64,000 nt of DNA from Candidatus Binataceae bacterium (GTDB lineage: Bacteria; Desulfobacterota; Binatia; Binatales; Binataceae), in NCBI GenBank assembly GCA_036489375.1, contig DASXFX010000054.1, forward strand, positions 64,210 through 128,209. Direction: 5' to 3'. Made by a program: the position numbers and the translations under genes. Shown here one piece after another: positions 46,950-56,541 of the stretch. The stretch's first letter is position 1; each line of letters opens with the position of its first letter. The notes under the pieces are model-generated. The model ran no database searches. It saw only the letters and a program-made list of their open reading frames with translations, and was not told where the DNA came from.

Positions 46950-48134
46950 TCATCCTCTGGGCAATCCCAGAATTCGCTCTCCGATTATATTCCTCTGAAT
47001 TTCGCTGGTGCCCGCCGCGATCGTCAGTCCTCGCGCCGCCAGCATCCGGTACGCCCATCTGCCGTCGTCCATTGCATGCGGTGCCTGATATTCGATCTGC
47101 CCATAGGCGCCTAGCAGTTCCATCGCGAAGCTGTTTAATCGCACGTTCAGTTCGGTGGACGCCAGCTTGAGAATTGATCCCTCCGGGCCGGGCGGACGAC
47201 CCTTTAGTCGTTGGGTCAACTGCCGCAGTGCCGCGAGCCGGATCGCCTCCGCCTCGGATCGGAACTTCACCAGCTTCTGCCGCACGCTCGAATCATCCCA
47301 TGCGCTTTTGTCCCCGGCGTTCGTTTGTGCCGCGGTGCGCACCAGTTGATCGACCACGCTTGTCATATCCGGCGCGCGCCGCTCATACATCAACGAAGTC
47401 AGCGCGACCAGCCACCCGTTGTTCCGCTCTCCAACGATATTCTTCTTTGGTACTCGGACGTCCTCGAAGAATACTTCGTTGAAGCCGGTATCGCCGGTCA
47501 TCTGCGTCAGCGGCCGCACACCGATTCCCGGAGAATGCATATCGACCAGTAAGTAGGTGATCCCCTTGTGCTTGGGCGCGTCCGGATCGGTTCGCACGAG
47601 CAGAAAGCACAGGTCTGCCTGATGGGCGTTCGAGGTCCAGAGCTTTTGTCCATTGACGACGAAGTAATCACCGTCATCCACCGCCCGCGTCTGCAACGAG
47701 GCAAGGTCGGATCCCGAAGCCGGTTCCGAATAGCCCTGGCACCAGATCTCCTGCGCACTCATCATTGGTTGCAAGTAACGCCGGCGCTGATCCTCGGTTC
47801 CCCAATGCATCAACGTCGGCCCCACCAGACCGAGTCCCTGCCCGTTGACGATGCGCGGCGCACCCGCGCGCGCCAGTTCCTCTTCGTAGATGATCTGCTG
47901 CGTCAGGCTCGCACCGCGCCCGCCATACTCTTCAGGCCATTGGATCGCGATCCATCCGCCCTTATATAAGAGCTTATGCCACTCGCGGCGGCGCTCGAAT
48001 TCCTCGCTGTCCTCACCAGCGAAGAACTCCACCGAGAAATCCGCGCGACGTGTGTCCGGCTGCAGATTCACTTTCAGCCATTTCCTGAAATCGACGCGAA
48101 ACGCCTCGTCCTCCTGGCTGAATCGAAAGTCCAT
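46950..48134 (-). CDS. Acyl-CoA dehydrogenase family protein
   Basis: GWIAIQWPEEYGGRG, QGYSEPASGSDLASL and C-terminal IAAGTSEIQRNIIGERILGLP. Confidence 0.85.
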   Translation of the reverse strand: MDFRFSQEDEAFRVDFRKWLKVNLQPDTRRADFSVEFFAGEDSEEFERRREWHKLLYKGGWIAIQWPEEYGGRGASLTQQIIYEEELARAGAPRIVNGQGLGLVGPTLMHWGTEDQRRRYLQPMMSAQEIWCQGYSEPASGSDLASLQTRAVDDGDYFVVNGQKLWTSNAHQADLCFLLVRTDPDAPKHKGITYLLVDMHSPGIGVRPLTQMTGDTGFNEVFFEDVRVPKKNIVGERNNGWLVALTSLMYERRAPDMTSVVDQLVRTAAQTNAGDKSAWDDSSVRQKLVKFRSEAEAIRLAALRQLTQRLKGRPPGPEGSILKLASTELNVRLNSFAMELLGAYGQIEYQAPHAMDDGRWAYRMLAARGLTIAAGTSEIQRNIIGERILGLPRG

Positions 48135-48247
48135 AGGTTCATGCTCCTCGCAACATCAGTCGCCGCATACTCACTCTCGCATCGGGCAAAGCTGACTTCC
48201 TACCTCGATAAAGATATGAATGCGATTGCAGCAGACTCCTATCAGCA

Positions 48248-49630
48248 TCAGTTGTGATTGTAGCCACCGGCCTCGGTCTCGGTGAGCGGCTGCGAGACCG
48301 GATGCTTTTCGAAAAGTACCAGCGAACGCCGAATGTCGTCCAGTAGAAGGTCGCCGAGGTCACGGCTTACTCCATGGCGAACCAGTATTCGCTGGATCAC
48401 GAGATCCTTTCGATTCGGCGGCATCGAGTAGGCCGGAACCTGCCATCCGCGCGCACGTAAGCGATCTGAAAGATCGTAGAGTGTGAAACGCGGATCGATC
48501 CCTTCCTGCAGCACCCAACAGACTGCGGGAAGCCCACCGTGTCCGTCATGGACGATGCGGAACGGCCCCATCTTGCCAATCTCGGCCGCCAGGTATTGGG
48601 CGGTGTGGTAACACGAGTCCTGGATCTTGCGGTAGCCTTCGAAGCCGAGTCGAAGGAAGTTGTAGTACTGGCAGACGATCTGACCGGCGGGACGCGAAAA
48701 GTTGAGCGCGAAGGTCGGCATATCTCCGCCCAGATAGTTGACGTGGAAGATCAGATCTTCCGGTAGGTCCGCGTGGTCGCGCCAGACAATCCAACCCACA
48801 CCCAATGGGGCTAAGCCGAATTTGTGGCCGGACGTGTTGATTGACTTGACTCTCGGTAAGCGAAAATCCCAGGTGAGGCCGGGATCGCAAAATGGCGCGA
48901 GGAAACCTCCGCTCGCAGCGTCGACGTGGATTGGGATGTCGAGACCCGTATTCTTCTCGAGCTCGTCCAACGCCGCGGCGATTGCTTGGACCGGCTCATA
49001 CAGACAGCAGGTCGTCACGCCGAGCGTGGGGACCACCATGATGGTATTTTCGTCGCAAAGAGCGAGGGCCTGTTCGGGCCCCATCAAAAATCGGTCGCGT
49101 TCGACGGGGACTTCCCTGACCTCAACGTCGAAATAGCGGCCGAATTTGTGCCAGCAGACCTGGACTGCTCCGCACACCAGATTTGGCCGGTCGGTGGACT
49201 TACCCTGCGCGCGCCTGCGCGCGCGCCAGCGCCATTTCGCCGCCAGACCGCCCAGCATCGCGGCCTCGCTGGAGCCGGTCGTCGAACATCCGATGGTGTT
49301 GGCGGCGGCGGGAGAATTCCACAGATCGGCGAGAATATGCACGCAGCGACTCTCTATTTCGGCGGTCTGCGGATACTCATCCTTGTCGCACATATTCTTG
49401 TCGCTGCATTCCGTCATGAGGGCCTGCGTCTCGGGGTCCATCAAGGTGGTGCAGAAGGTCGCGAGATTCTGGCGTGCGTTGCCATCGAGCAACAGCTCGT
49501 CGTGCACAAGCGCGTAAGCATCTCGCGGCGAACGCTCCTCGCGCGGAATCTTGTACTTCGGAACATCGCTGGCCGGATCCATAATATCCAACGCCTTCCG
49601 GCCGAGGTCATTCTTCTTGTGTAGTGACAT
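48248..49630 (-). CDS. Glutamate decarboxylase (PLP-dependent, group II)
   Basis: PLP-lysine motif [21 protein letters not shown]. Overall GadA/GadB-like layout. GGAGGA SD upstream of ATG 49630. Confidence 0.85.
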   Translation of the reverse strand: MSLHKKNDLGRKALDIMDPASDVPKYKIPREERSPRDAYALVHDELLLDGNARQNLATFCTTLMDPETQALMTECSDKNMCDKDEYPQTAEIESRCVHILADLWNSPAAANTIGCSTTGSSEAAMLGGLAAKWRWRARRRAQGKSTDRPNLVCGAVQVCWHKFGRYFDVEVREVPVERDRFLMGPEQALALCDENTIMVVPTLGVTTCCLYEPVQAIAAALDELEKNTGLDIPIHVDAASGGFLAPFCDPGLTWDFRLPRVKSINTSGHKFGLAPLGVGWIVWRDHADLPEDLIFHVNYLGGDMPTFALNFSRPAGQIVCQYYNFLRLGFEGYRKIQDSCYHTAQYLAAEIGKMGPFRIVHDGHGGLPAVCWVLQEGIDPRFTLYDLSDRLRARGWQVPAYSMPPNRKDLVIQRILVRHGVSRDLGDLLLDDIRRSLVLFEKHPVSQPLTETEAGGYNHN

Positions 49631-49719
49631 CTGATTCCTCCGACGATACTCCAAAGCTGACCGCGGCTAGCGAACGAAGCAATGCTCGCATCGAGAGAAA
49701 GCCGCGACGAGTGGTGCAA

Positions 49720-50376
49720 TTAGCCAACAACACGCTCGAGAGTGCAGTAGCCATACCACAGGATTTCGATACCGATGCAGAGCAGGATGAAGGCCGACAG
49801 CCGTACCATTACATTAGTGCCATTCTCTCCAAGGACGCTGGCGCTTCTCTCGGCGAACCGGTAGCAAACGAAGATGGTTGCAGCGATCGCAACGAGGCCA
49901 GCGACGGCCGCGGCGGCGAGCAAGGGAATCTCGGCCAAGGTACCGCGCGGGCGTTGGCTGCCGAGCGTTATCGCGACCGCCATCGTGCCTGGGCCGACCG
50001 TTATGGGCATCGTGAGCGGATAGAACGCATCAGTCGGTGGCGGCGGGCGATGGGCAGCGCGCTCTTCGTCTGCCTGATCTCCCGCCTGAAGCAGGTTCCA
50101 TCCGGTTGCAGTAACGACGAGTCCGCCGGCGATGCGCACGATGGGCAAGGTGATGCCGAAGAACTCGAGCACATAAGAGCCAACGAACATCGAGCCAATC
50201 AGCAGGAAGAAGCTATTCAGCGCAACTCGCAGCGCCAATCCGGAGCGTTCGTCCTCGGTGCAGTGGCGGGTCAGGCCGAGAAAGATTGGTGCGCCGCCGA
50301 TCGGGTTGATGATCGGGAATAGGCCGGCGTAAACCAGCAGAAAGGCGTTGGTAATGCCGTTGAGGGATGCGTTCAT
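49720..50376 (-). CDS. MarC / UPF0056 (NAAT) family integral membrane protein
   Basis: FLLVYAGLFPIINPIGGAPIF N-terminal signature and about six TMS. The start is set at M28 of the longest ORF. Confidence 0.75.
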   Translation of the reverse strand: MNASLNGITNAFLLVYAGLFPIINPIGGAPIFLGLTRHCTEDERSGLALRVALNSFFLLIGSMFVGSYVLEFFGITLPIVRIAGGLVVTATGWNLLQAGDQADEERAAHRPPPPTDAFYPLTMPITVGPGTMAVAITLGSQRPRGTLAEIPLLAAAAVAGLVAIAATIFVCYRFAERSASVLGENGTNVMVRLSAFILLCIGIEILWYGYCTLERVVG

Positions 50377-50757
50377 GCCGCACCCGAGGTGGTCTCGAGT
50401 GCGGTAATCCGTACCGAATGGACTGAAACGAGCACCTTTAACACCATCATTGAACAACTATCGGCTCTGTTTTCGGCGTGATTTGCAGGTTAGCGGCCTC
50501 CAAGTGGTGAGTAATGCGTGCAATTTCCGTCATTGGTCGTGCAACCGTCGATAATGAGTCGGCAAGTAGAAGCCTCGTGCGTGCTGACCGCCCGATGGAG
50601 GATTCCGGCGGAATCGGTGGTGAGATTAGCACTCATGCAGCTTAGCGCGGTGCAATTCCTGAGCGTAGGCCATTGGAGTGGGCTGCGGCCGTCTGGTCGA
50701 TAGCCGGGGCGGGTAGCGCGAGATCAGTTTGCGCTATTTGCCGGCTGGAGGCTTTCT

Positions 50758-50855
50758 AGGCGGGTTCGTTTCGCATTTTCCGCGCCAACCTGATGCGTAA
50801 TCTCGGCGCGGATACTACAGAAAGCATGATAGCATAACTCGTGGTACCAGAACAA
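50758..50855 (-). repeat. Recurrent intergenic element, copy 4 (inverted orientation)
   Basis: The minus strand reads TTATGCTATCATGCTTTCTGTAG (mini-ORF 50835-50815, MLSCFL*). Then hairpin TCCGCGCC...GGCGCGGA, then GAAAATGCGAAACGAACCC (50780-50762). Confidence 0.6.
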
Positions 50856-50869
50856 CCACGTGCACGACA

Positions 50870-51313
50870 ACCGCGTCGACGAGCCGCGCTTTGGAGTGAT
50901 GCGATGGGCGGTCACGATCGGGAGGCGCAGGCTCCCGATCGATCAACGAGCCGCGCTTTGAAGTGACGCGAGTGGCGATCCGATTTGCGCCGAGGGCACG
51001 CCACCGGTTCGGGTGACGCGCGGCCGATCGCGGCGACTTGTGGTCACGATCGGGAGCTTCTTTTTGGGTCGGGGTGACGCGCGACCTATCGGGAGGTTCG
51101 AGTCAGCATCGATCAGTTTCACTGACTGGTGCGACCTGTAATCACGACCAAGGCGATTCAAGCAAGGGATCGATCGTCTTCGACCATTGGTGGTCACGAC
51201 CAGGCGGTTCGAGCAAGGGATCGACCGGCTGAGCTGCCCGCAGTTGCGATTGGCAGCCTCGAGCAAGGGATCGATCGCCTTCGACCATGGTGGTCACGAT
51301 CGGGCGGTTCGAG
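50870..51313. repeat. Degenerate tandem repeat array (units about 50-130 bp) reiterating the last ~25 bp plus ~30 bp downstream of the adjacent LLM gene
   Basis: GGTCACGA(T/C)C(G/A)GG anchors at 50910, 51042, 51141 (variant), 51192 and 51292. TTCGAGCAAGGGATCGATCG(T/C)CTTCGACCAT(T)GGT units align to the gene tail TTCGAGCTAACGATCGATCAGCTTCGCCCATTGATC. Confidence 0.7.
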
Positions 51314-52168
51314 CTAACGATCGATCAGCTTCGCCCATTGATCGACGTTCGCCATCACTTTGTCGCGGGTCTCCGGCGGAACCCAGCTTGAAACATAATC
51401 GACGCCGGCTTCGACAAAACGTGCGAGTGCCCGGCGATCCTGATCGAGCTTACCGGTTGGCTCATAGTAGGCGCCGATCGTGAGAGTGCGAGGTTCGCGG
51501 GCGGACTGTGAGAGTACTTCGCGGAATTCGGCGAGTTTGGCGAAAAAGGCGTCGCCGCGCACCGTCGGCATCCAGCCGTCGCAATAGGCGATGGCGGCAC
51601 GCATCGCGGCGGGCGCCTGACCACCCATGATGATTGGCGGATAGGGTTTCTGCACGGGCTTGGGATAGGACCAGATTGAATCGAAGTTGACGAAATGGCC
51701 GTGATAGGCGGGCTCTTCCTGAGTCCAAATCGCCTTCATCGCCTCGATGCGCTCGCGCATCAGGCGGCGGCGGCTTTTGAATTCGGTGCCGTGATTCGCC
51801 ATCTCTTCCACGTTCCAGCCGGCGCCGACTCCGAAGACGAAGCGCCCATTCGAGAGCAGGTCGAGGCTGGCGACTTCCTTAGCCGTGACGATCGGGTCGC
51901 GCTCGATCACGAGACAGACGCCGGTTCCGAGCTTGAGGGTTTTGGTGACGGCCGCAGCGGTGGCCAGCGCGACGAAAGGATCGAGCGTGTGCGAGTACTG
52001 GGGCGGCAGATCGCGCATGCCGGTCGCGGGCACGGTCAGCCGTGAAGTGGGAATGTGCGTGTGTTCGGCGACGAGCAAGGAATCGAAGCCGTTAGCTTCG
52101 GCGGCCCGCGCCAGATCGTCCAACCGGACGGTGAAGTCGGTGGGAAAGAACGATAGTCCGTATTTCAT
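51314..52168 (-). CDS. LLM-class F420-dependent oxidoreductase
   Basis: MKYGLSFFPTD...GFDSLLVAEHTHIP...DPFVALATAAAVTKTLKLGTGVCLVIERDPIVTAKEVASLDLLSNGRF, typical of the F420-dependent LLM subfamily. Confidence 0.8.
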   Translation of the reverse strand: MKYGLSFFPTDFTVRLDDLARAAEANGFDSLLVAEHTHIPTSRLTVPATGMRDLPPQYSHTLDPFVALATAAAVTKTLKLGTGVCLVIERDPIVTAKEVASLDLLSNGRFVFGVGAGWNVEEMANHGTEFKSRRRLMRERIEAMKAIWTQEEPAYHGHFVNFDSIWSYPKPVQKPYPPIIMGGQAPAAMRAAIAYCDGWMPTVRGDAFFAKLAEFREVLSQSAREPRTLTIGAYYEPTGKLDQDRRALARFVEAGVDYVSSWVPPETRDKVMANVDQWAKLIDR

Positions 52169-52354
52169 CGGGAACCTCTAAGGCGTTAGCGGGGTCAATT
52201 CTTGATCGTGAAATAGCGTGCGCGACGGCTTATGTCGAACGGTGCCGTCGTACACGGCTAGTCCGGATCGGGCGAGAAAGCGATCGCGGTACAGTGTAAA
52301 CACCTGTGACGATTCTAAATTTGCCAGGATTAAGCCAGACGACCGGTCGCACGA

Positions 52355-53407
52355 TCAAAGAACAATGAAGCTGAAAATCAGGATCAAAGTGATCGCGAAA
52401 AATGAGAGCGGCAGTATGCGGCGAGTCATATGGCGAATTCTGACAGCGCCGGCGTGACCGAATTTGCGATGGCTGGTGTGCACGACGAGAGCTTCGCCGA
52501 CGGTTGACAGAATAAAAAAGAAACAGACCAGAAAGAACGCATCGTAGAAGGTGAGATAAGCCACCGGCGGCAGGAGGTTTGAAAGTGCGACGGAGAAGGC
52601 GACCAGAGTCAGAACGGTAGTCACTGCAATCAAGAGCTGGCTATTGAGATCATCCGGAGGAATCCACAGGACGGCCCACGAAACTGCGACCATCAGGGCG
52701 AGCGGCACAAAAATCCGGAAAGTATAATACTCCGAATTTCTGACCACCTTGATCGCGAAAACCACGTGAGAGCTGGCCTCGGGCCCGTTGCGATCGATCG
52801 CTGCCGACGCAGGGACCGAGCGGCTGGTGACAGGGCCCGTGCTCCAGAGCGGCAAAGGGGTGTAGGGCGCAGTGGAGATGCCGGTACTATCGGGATCGAC
52901 CGTCAAGACGATTCGTTTCACCTGACCGGTGAAAGGGTGGACGTAGATTCCGAGCTGTTGGGAGTCGAAAGGAAAGGAGCGCAGCTTCAAGTCGGCCGAG
53001 AGGCGGTCTGCGAACTTCTCGATATAACGAACGGTGCCGTCGGCTCGTCCGACCATCTGATAGGAGCTCAAGGTGCGCGGAAGCGCGGAGTTATCGAACT
53101 GAAGGAGCGGGAACCAGATGTCCTGTTTGCGATAATGACGCGAGAGTGGCTGACCCACGCCGGGAACGAACGCCAGGCGAGGATCTTGCCAGGTTTCAGT
53201 CAGATAGCCAGTGCAGGTGAAGGTCTGCGAAGCCTCGTCGAGCGCCACCAGGTTCAAGATATAAACCCCCACCTTGACGACGATCGGGCGACCGTTATCC
53301 GGGGGCGGCTCGATGATCGGGTCCGCTGCGCCGAACGAAGTTGACGGCGAGGCCACCGTCGCACAAACCATCAGGAGGAGGGAGCAGAAGAAGACAGATC
53401 GATGCAT
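52355..53407 (-). CDS. Prokaryotic pentameric ligand-gated ion channel (Cys-loop receptor superfamily, GLIC/ELIC-like)
   Basis: Signal peptide. ECD signature IVVKVGVYILNLVALDEASQTFTCTGYLTETWQDPRLAF. Cys-less loop FPFDSQQL. Four TM helices (M2 LLIAVTTVLTLVAFSVALSNLLP) with a very short M3-M4 loop. Confidence 0.85.
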   Translation of the reverse strand: MHRSVFFCSLLLMVCATVASPSTSFGAADPIIEPPPDNGRPIVVKVGVYILNLVALDEASQTFTCTGYLTETWQDPRLAFVPGVGQPLSRHYRKQDIWFPLLQFDNSALPRTLSSYQMVGRADGTVRYIEKFADRLSADLKLRSFPFDSQQLGIYVHPFTGQVKRIVLTVDPDSTGISTAPYTPLPLWSTGPVTSRSVPASAAIDRNGPEASSHVVFAIKVVRNSEYYTFRIFVPLALMVAVSWAVLWIPPDDLNSQLLIAVTTVLTLVAFSVALSNLLPPVAYLTFYDAFFLVCFFFILSTVGEALVVHTSHRKFGHAGAVRIRHMTRRILPLSFFAITLILIFSFIVL

Positions 53408-53426
53408 CGTCCGGGCGCGGCAGACT

Positions 53427-53687
53427 TTACTGAGTCTTCTTTCTACGCTCCGCCCAACGCTTTTTCATCGCGAGCGACAGGCGTTTTCTGCCCTCGGGAG
53501 TCATTCCGCCGCGCTTCTTGCCCTTGGCTGCAGCCGTTGCTGGAGCAGCGGCGGCGACTGCCTTCCTGGCAACAACCTTACGCGGGACCGACACCCGCCG
53601 CGTGGGCGACTCATCAAGGGCCGCGATTGCGCGATCCAATCGCGCCCTTTGCTGCTTCAATTCTTCCAGAATACTATTTGCGTCCAA
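53427..53687 (-). CDS. Small basic protein (N-terminal coiled-coil-like, Lys/Arg-rich C-terminus), unknown function
   Basis: MDANSILEELKQQRARLDRAIAAL...GMTPEGRKRLSLAMKKRWAERRKK. Ends 19 nt before the channel gene on the same strand. Confidence 0.5.
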   Translation of the reverse strand: MDANSILEELKQQRARLDRAIAALDESPTRRVSVPRKVVARKAVAAAAPATAAAKGKKRGGMTPEGRKRLSLAMKKRWAERRKKTQ

Positions 53688-53976
53688 GGTTCACTCCTTT
53701 GATGCGGCGGTTTGGCGCCGCCAACAATCCTATAAGAATGCGGAAGTCAGCCGCTCAAAACAATAGCACTGCGAAATAGGCTGCTAGCCGCGCTGGCTCA
53801 TAGATGGAACAGCGACTCAGCACGCGCCGGTTCATCTCGCGGCGTAATCCTTCAGATTTCCATACAATAGGTGGGTTGGCGCCGGCTATGGTAGTAGATG
53901 TGATTCGAGCCGGAGCAGATAAGCCGAGGACTCTAGTTGGGATCTGAAAGGCGCAGCGCTGGGCGAAGGAGGATTC

Positions 53977-54597
53977 GTGTTCACATTTTATTATGAGGTC
54001 AATACGTGCTCGCTGGCGTCACATATTGCGCTGCAGGAAGCGGGCGCCGAGTACAAGGCGGTAAGAATCAGCTTCGAGGGCGAGCAGCAGCGCAAACCTG
54101 ATTACCTGGCGGTAAATCCAAAGGGGCGCGTGCCCGCATTAGTTACAGATAGAGGCATCCTGACCGAGACGCCAGCTATCCTGGCGTTTATCGCACAGAG
54201 TTTCCCGCAGGCGAAGCTCGCGCCGCTGTCCGATCCGTTCGCGTTTGCCCAGGTGCAGTCCTTCAACAGCTACATGTGCGCCACGGTCCATGTCGCACAC
54301 GCGCACAAGACGCGTGGGCCGAGATGGGCGGATGATCCGGCGGCAATCGCCGAGATGCGGCGCAAGGTACCGCAATCCGTCGGCGCGTGTTTCGAGCTGA
54401 TCGAGAATGAAATGCTGAAAGGGCCGTGGGTGATGGGCGAGACTTACACGATCTGCGATCCGTATCTGTTTACGTTTGCGCAGATGTTAGAAGGCGATAG
54501 CGTCGATCCCGCGCGGTTTCCGAAAGTGAAGGATCATCGGCGGCGGATGTCGGAGCGGCCGAGCGTGAGGAAAGCGATCGCAGAAGAATTTGCGTGA
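53977..54597 (+). CDS. Glutathione S-transferase family protein
   Basis: N-terminal thioredoxin-like domain (NPKGRVPALV...LTETPAILAFI) and C-terminal helical domain. GTG start. Confidence 0.8.
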   Translation: MFTFYYEVNTCSLASHIALQEAGAEYKAVRISFEGEQQRKPDYLAVNPKGRVPALVTDRGILTETPAILAFIAQSFPQAKLAPLSDPFAFAQVQSFNSYMCATVHVAHAHKTRGPRWADDPAAIAEMRRKVPQSVGACFELIENEMLKGPWVMGETYTICDPYLFTFAQMLEGDSVDPARFPKVKDHRRRMSERPSVRKAIAEEFA

Positions 54598-54802
54598 GGC
54601 AGAACGAAATCGGCGCGCCGTGCAAGGTGAGGCGGTTTGGTGTATATGGCGGATTGAAGCTGAGACAGTTCTGGAAGGTCGCGCCGGCCGGAACTGCCAA
54701 GCACCGACGCGGCGCTGATAGTTACTCGACGGCGGGACCAGAGTTCGATTTCAGGCTTGCAGTTCTCACGGCCGGAAGTTGTGAACTTGGAGGGATCGAT
54801 TT

Positions 54803-56467
54803 ATGTCGTACGACATCGTGATCAAAAACGGGACGATTGTTGACGGTACCGGCCGTGCTGGTTATCGGGCCGACCTCGCAATAAGCCAGGGAAAAATCGT
54901 CGAGATCGGCAAGGTCAAAGACGGTGCGGCGAAAACGATAGATGCCTCCGATCTGATTGTCAGTCCCGGCTTTATCGACCCGCATACTCATTACGACGGG
55001 CAAATCTGTTGGGACCCGCTGGTGACGGCATCTTCGTGGCATGGTGTGACCTCGGTAGTGATGGGTAACTGCGGAGTAGGACTGGCGCCCTGCAGGCCTG
55101 AATTCAGAGAAATCGCCACGTGGGATCTGGTTAATGTCGAGGCGATCCCATTCGAAGTGCTCAACCAGGGATTGACCTGGGATTGGGAGAGCTTTCCGCA
55201 ATTCATGGACGCGGCGGCGCGGCGCGGATCGGGAATCAATCTTGGCTTTCTCGCACCGCTGACCCCGTTCCGACATTACGTGATGGGCGAGGAATCGATG
55301 GAGCGGGCGGCGACCGCGGAGGAGACCGGCCAGATCAGAGCCTTGATCAAAGAGGCGGTCGCGGCGGGCGCGCTGGGCTTCAGCACGACGAATGCGCCGC
55401 AGCATATCGGCTATAAGAGCCGGCCACTGGCCTGCCGGCTAGCCGACCAAGCCGAGCTCAAGGCTTATGCCAGTACGCTGAAGGAGCTAGGCAAGGGCAC
55501 GATCGAGATCATCATCAATCGGCGCGTCGATGCGATCACGCCGGAGGAATGCGACCTGCTCGATATGCTGCTGACCGCGAGCGGACGGCAGATAACGTGG
55601 CTGGTGCTGCGGAAGTTTGTGCACGCGCCGCAGGCCTACCAGGAGATGCTGCGAGTGGCGGATCAGGTGATCAAGCGCGGGGCGCATCCGCAACTCGCGA
55701 CGATGGAACTGATCGGCGAATTCAGCTTCCGCCAACCATCGCTGGCGCTGGCGCTGTATCCGTCGTGGAAGCCCGCTTTCAATGCGACGCTGGAGGAACA
55801 GACGGCGCTCTACAGCGATCCGGCATTTCGCGCGGCGTTCCGCGAGGAGGCGACCAGGCGACCGGGCCTGTTCACGAACATCTGGAATCGGGTGACGGTT
55901 AATTTCGCGAAGAATCCGGCAATCCGGGCGCTCGAAGGCAAGACCGTGGAGCAAGTCGCACGCGAGCGCGGTCGGGATCCGCTCGACACATTTTTCGATT
56001 TGCCATTAGAGGACAATCTCGAGACGCGGTACTGCAGCGCGATGACCGAAGTTCCGACTGAGTTGCTCACCGACTCGAGAGTGCTGATCGGAGAATCCGA
56101 TGGCGGCGCGCATGTCGCGGATTTCTGCACGGCGGGATACACCAGCGACCTGATCGGCAAGTGGGTGCGCGAGCGGCAAGTTCTGTCCCTGGAGCAGGCA
56201 ATCAAGCGGACGACCTCGGAGCCGGCGGACTTTTTCGGGATTCGCGATCGCGGACGGTTGACGCCAGGCTTCGCGGCCGACATCGCGATTTTCGACTACA
56301 ACCGGATTGCGTGCAGCCCGCGCGAATCGGTTGACGATCTGCCCGGCGGCGGACGCAGATTCGTGGTGCGTTCGCAAGGAATCGAGTACACCATCGTCAA
56401 CGGCCAGGTGCTGTACGAGGGTGGCGCGCATAGTGGAGCGCTGCCCGGGCACGTTCTGCGATCCTGA
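54803..56467 (+). CDS. N-acyl-D-amino-acid deacylase (D-aminoacylase) family amidohydrolase
   Basis: MSYDIVIKNGTIVDGTG...IVSPGFIDPHTHYDGQ metal-binding HxH context. GGAGGG SD. Confidence 0.85.
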   Translation: MSYDIVIKNGTIVDGTGRAGYRADLAISQGKIVEIGKVKDGAAKTIDASDLIVSPGFIDPHTHYDGQICWDPLVTASSWHGVTSVVMGNCGVGLAPCRPEFREIATWDLVNVEAIPFEVLNQGLTWDWESFPQFMDAAARRGSGINLGFLAPLTPFRHYVMGEESMERAATAEETGQIRALIKEAVAAGALGFSTTNAPQHIGYKSRPLACRLADQAELKAYASTLKELGKGTIEIIINRRVDAITPEECDLLDMLLTASGRQITWLVLRKFVHAPQAYQEMLRVADQVIKRGAHPQLATMELIGEFSFRQPSLALALYPSWKPAFNATLEEQTALYSDPAFRAAFREEATRRPGLFTNIWNRVTVNFAKNPAIRALEGKTVEQVARERGRDPLDTFFDLPLEDNLETRYCSAMTEVPTELLTDSRVLIGESDGGAHVADFCTAGYTSDLIGKWVRERQVLSLEQAIKRTTSEPADFFGIRDRGRLTPGFAADIAIFDYNRIACSPRESVDDLPGGGRRFVVRSQGIEYTIVNGQVLYEGGAHSGALPGHVLRS

Positions 56468-56541
56468 AGCGGTAGCGTTGCGACGATAATGGCATCACAC
56501 GATCATTCCCAGAGCTTGCGGCGGAGCACGATTCAAGAGCG

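Noticed and set aside
50870-51313. Possible CRISPR array
   Set aside because: The repeats are diverged from one another, spacing is irregular (about 51-132 bp), the supposed spacers are themselves repeat-derived, and no cas genes are present.
50943-51483. Several 60-107-aa ORFs on both strands (50943-51266, 51038-51232, 51129-51317, 51187-51483)
   Set aside because: They read through the tandem-repeat array, and their apparent internal repeats are a DNA-level artefact. They have no start context and no family resemblance beyond echoing the LLM gene's C-terminal codons.
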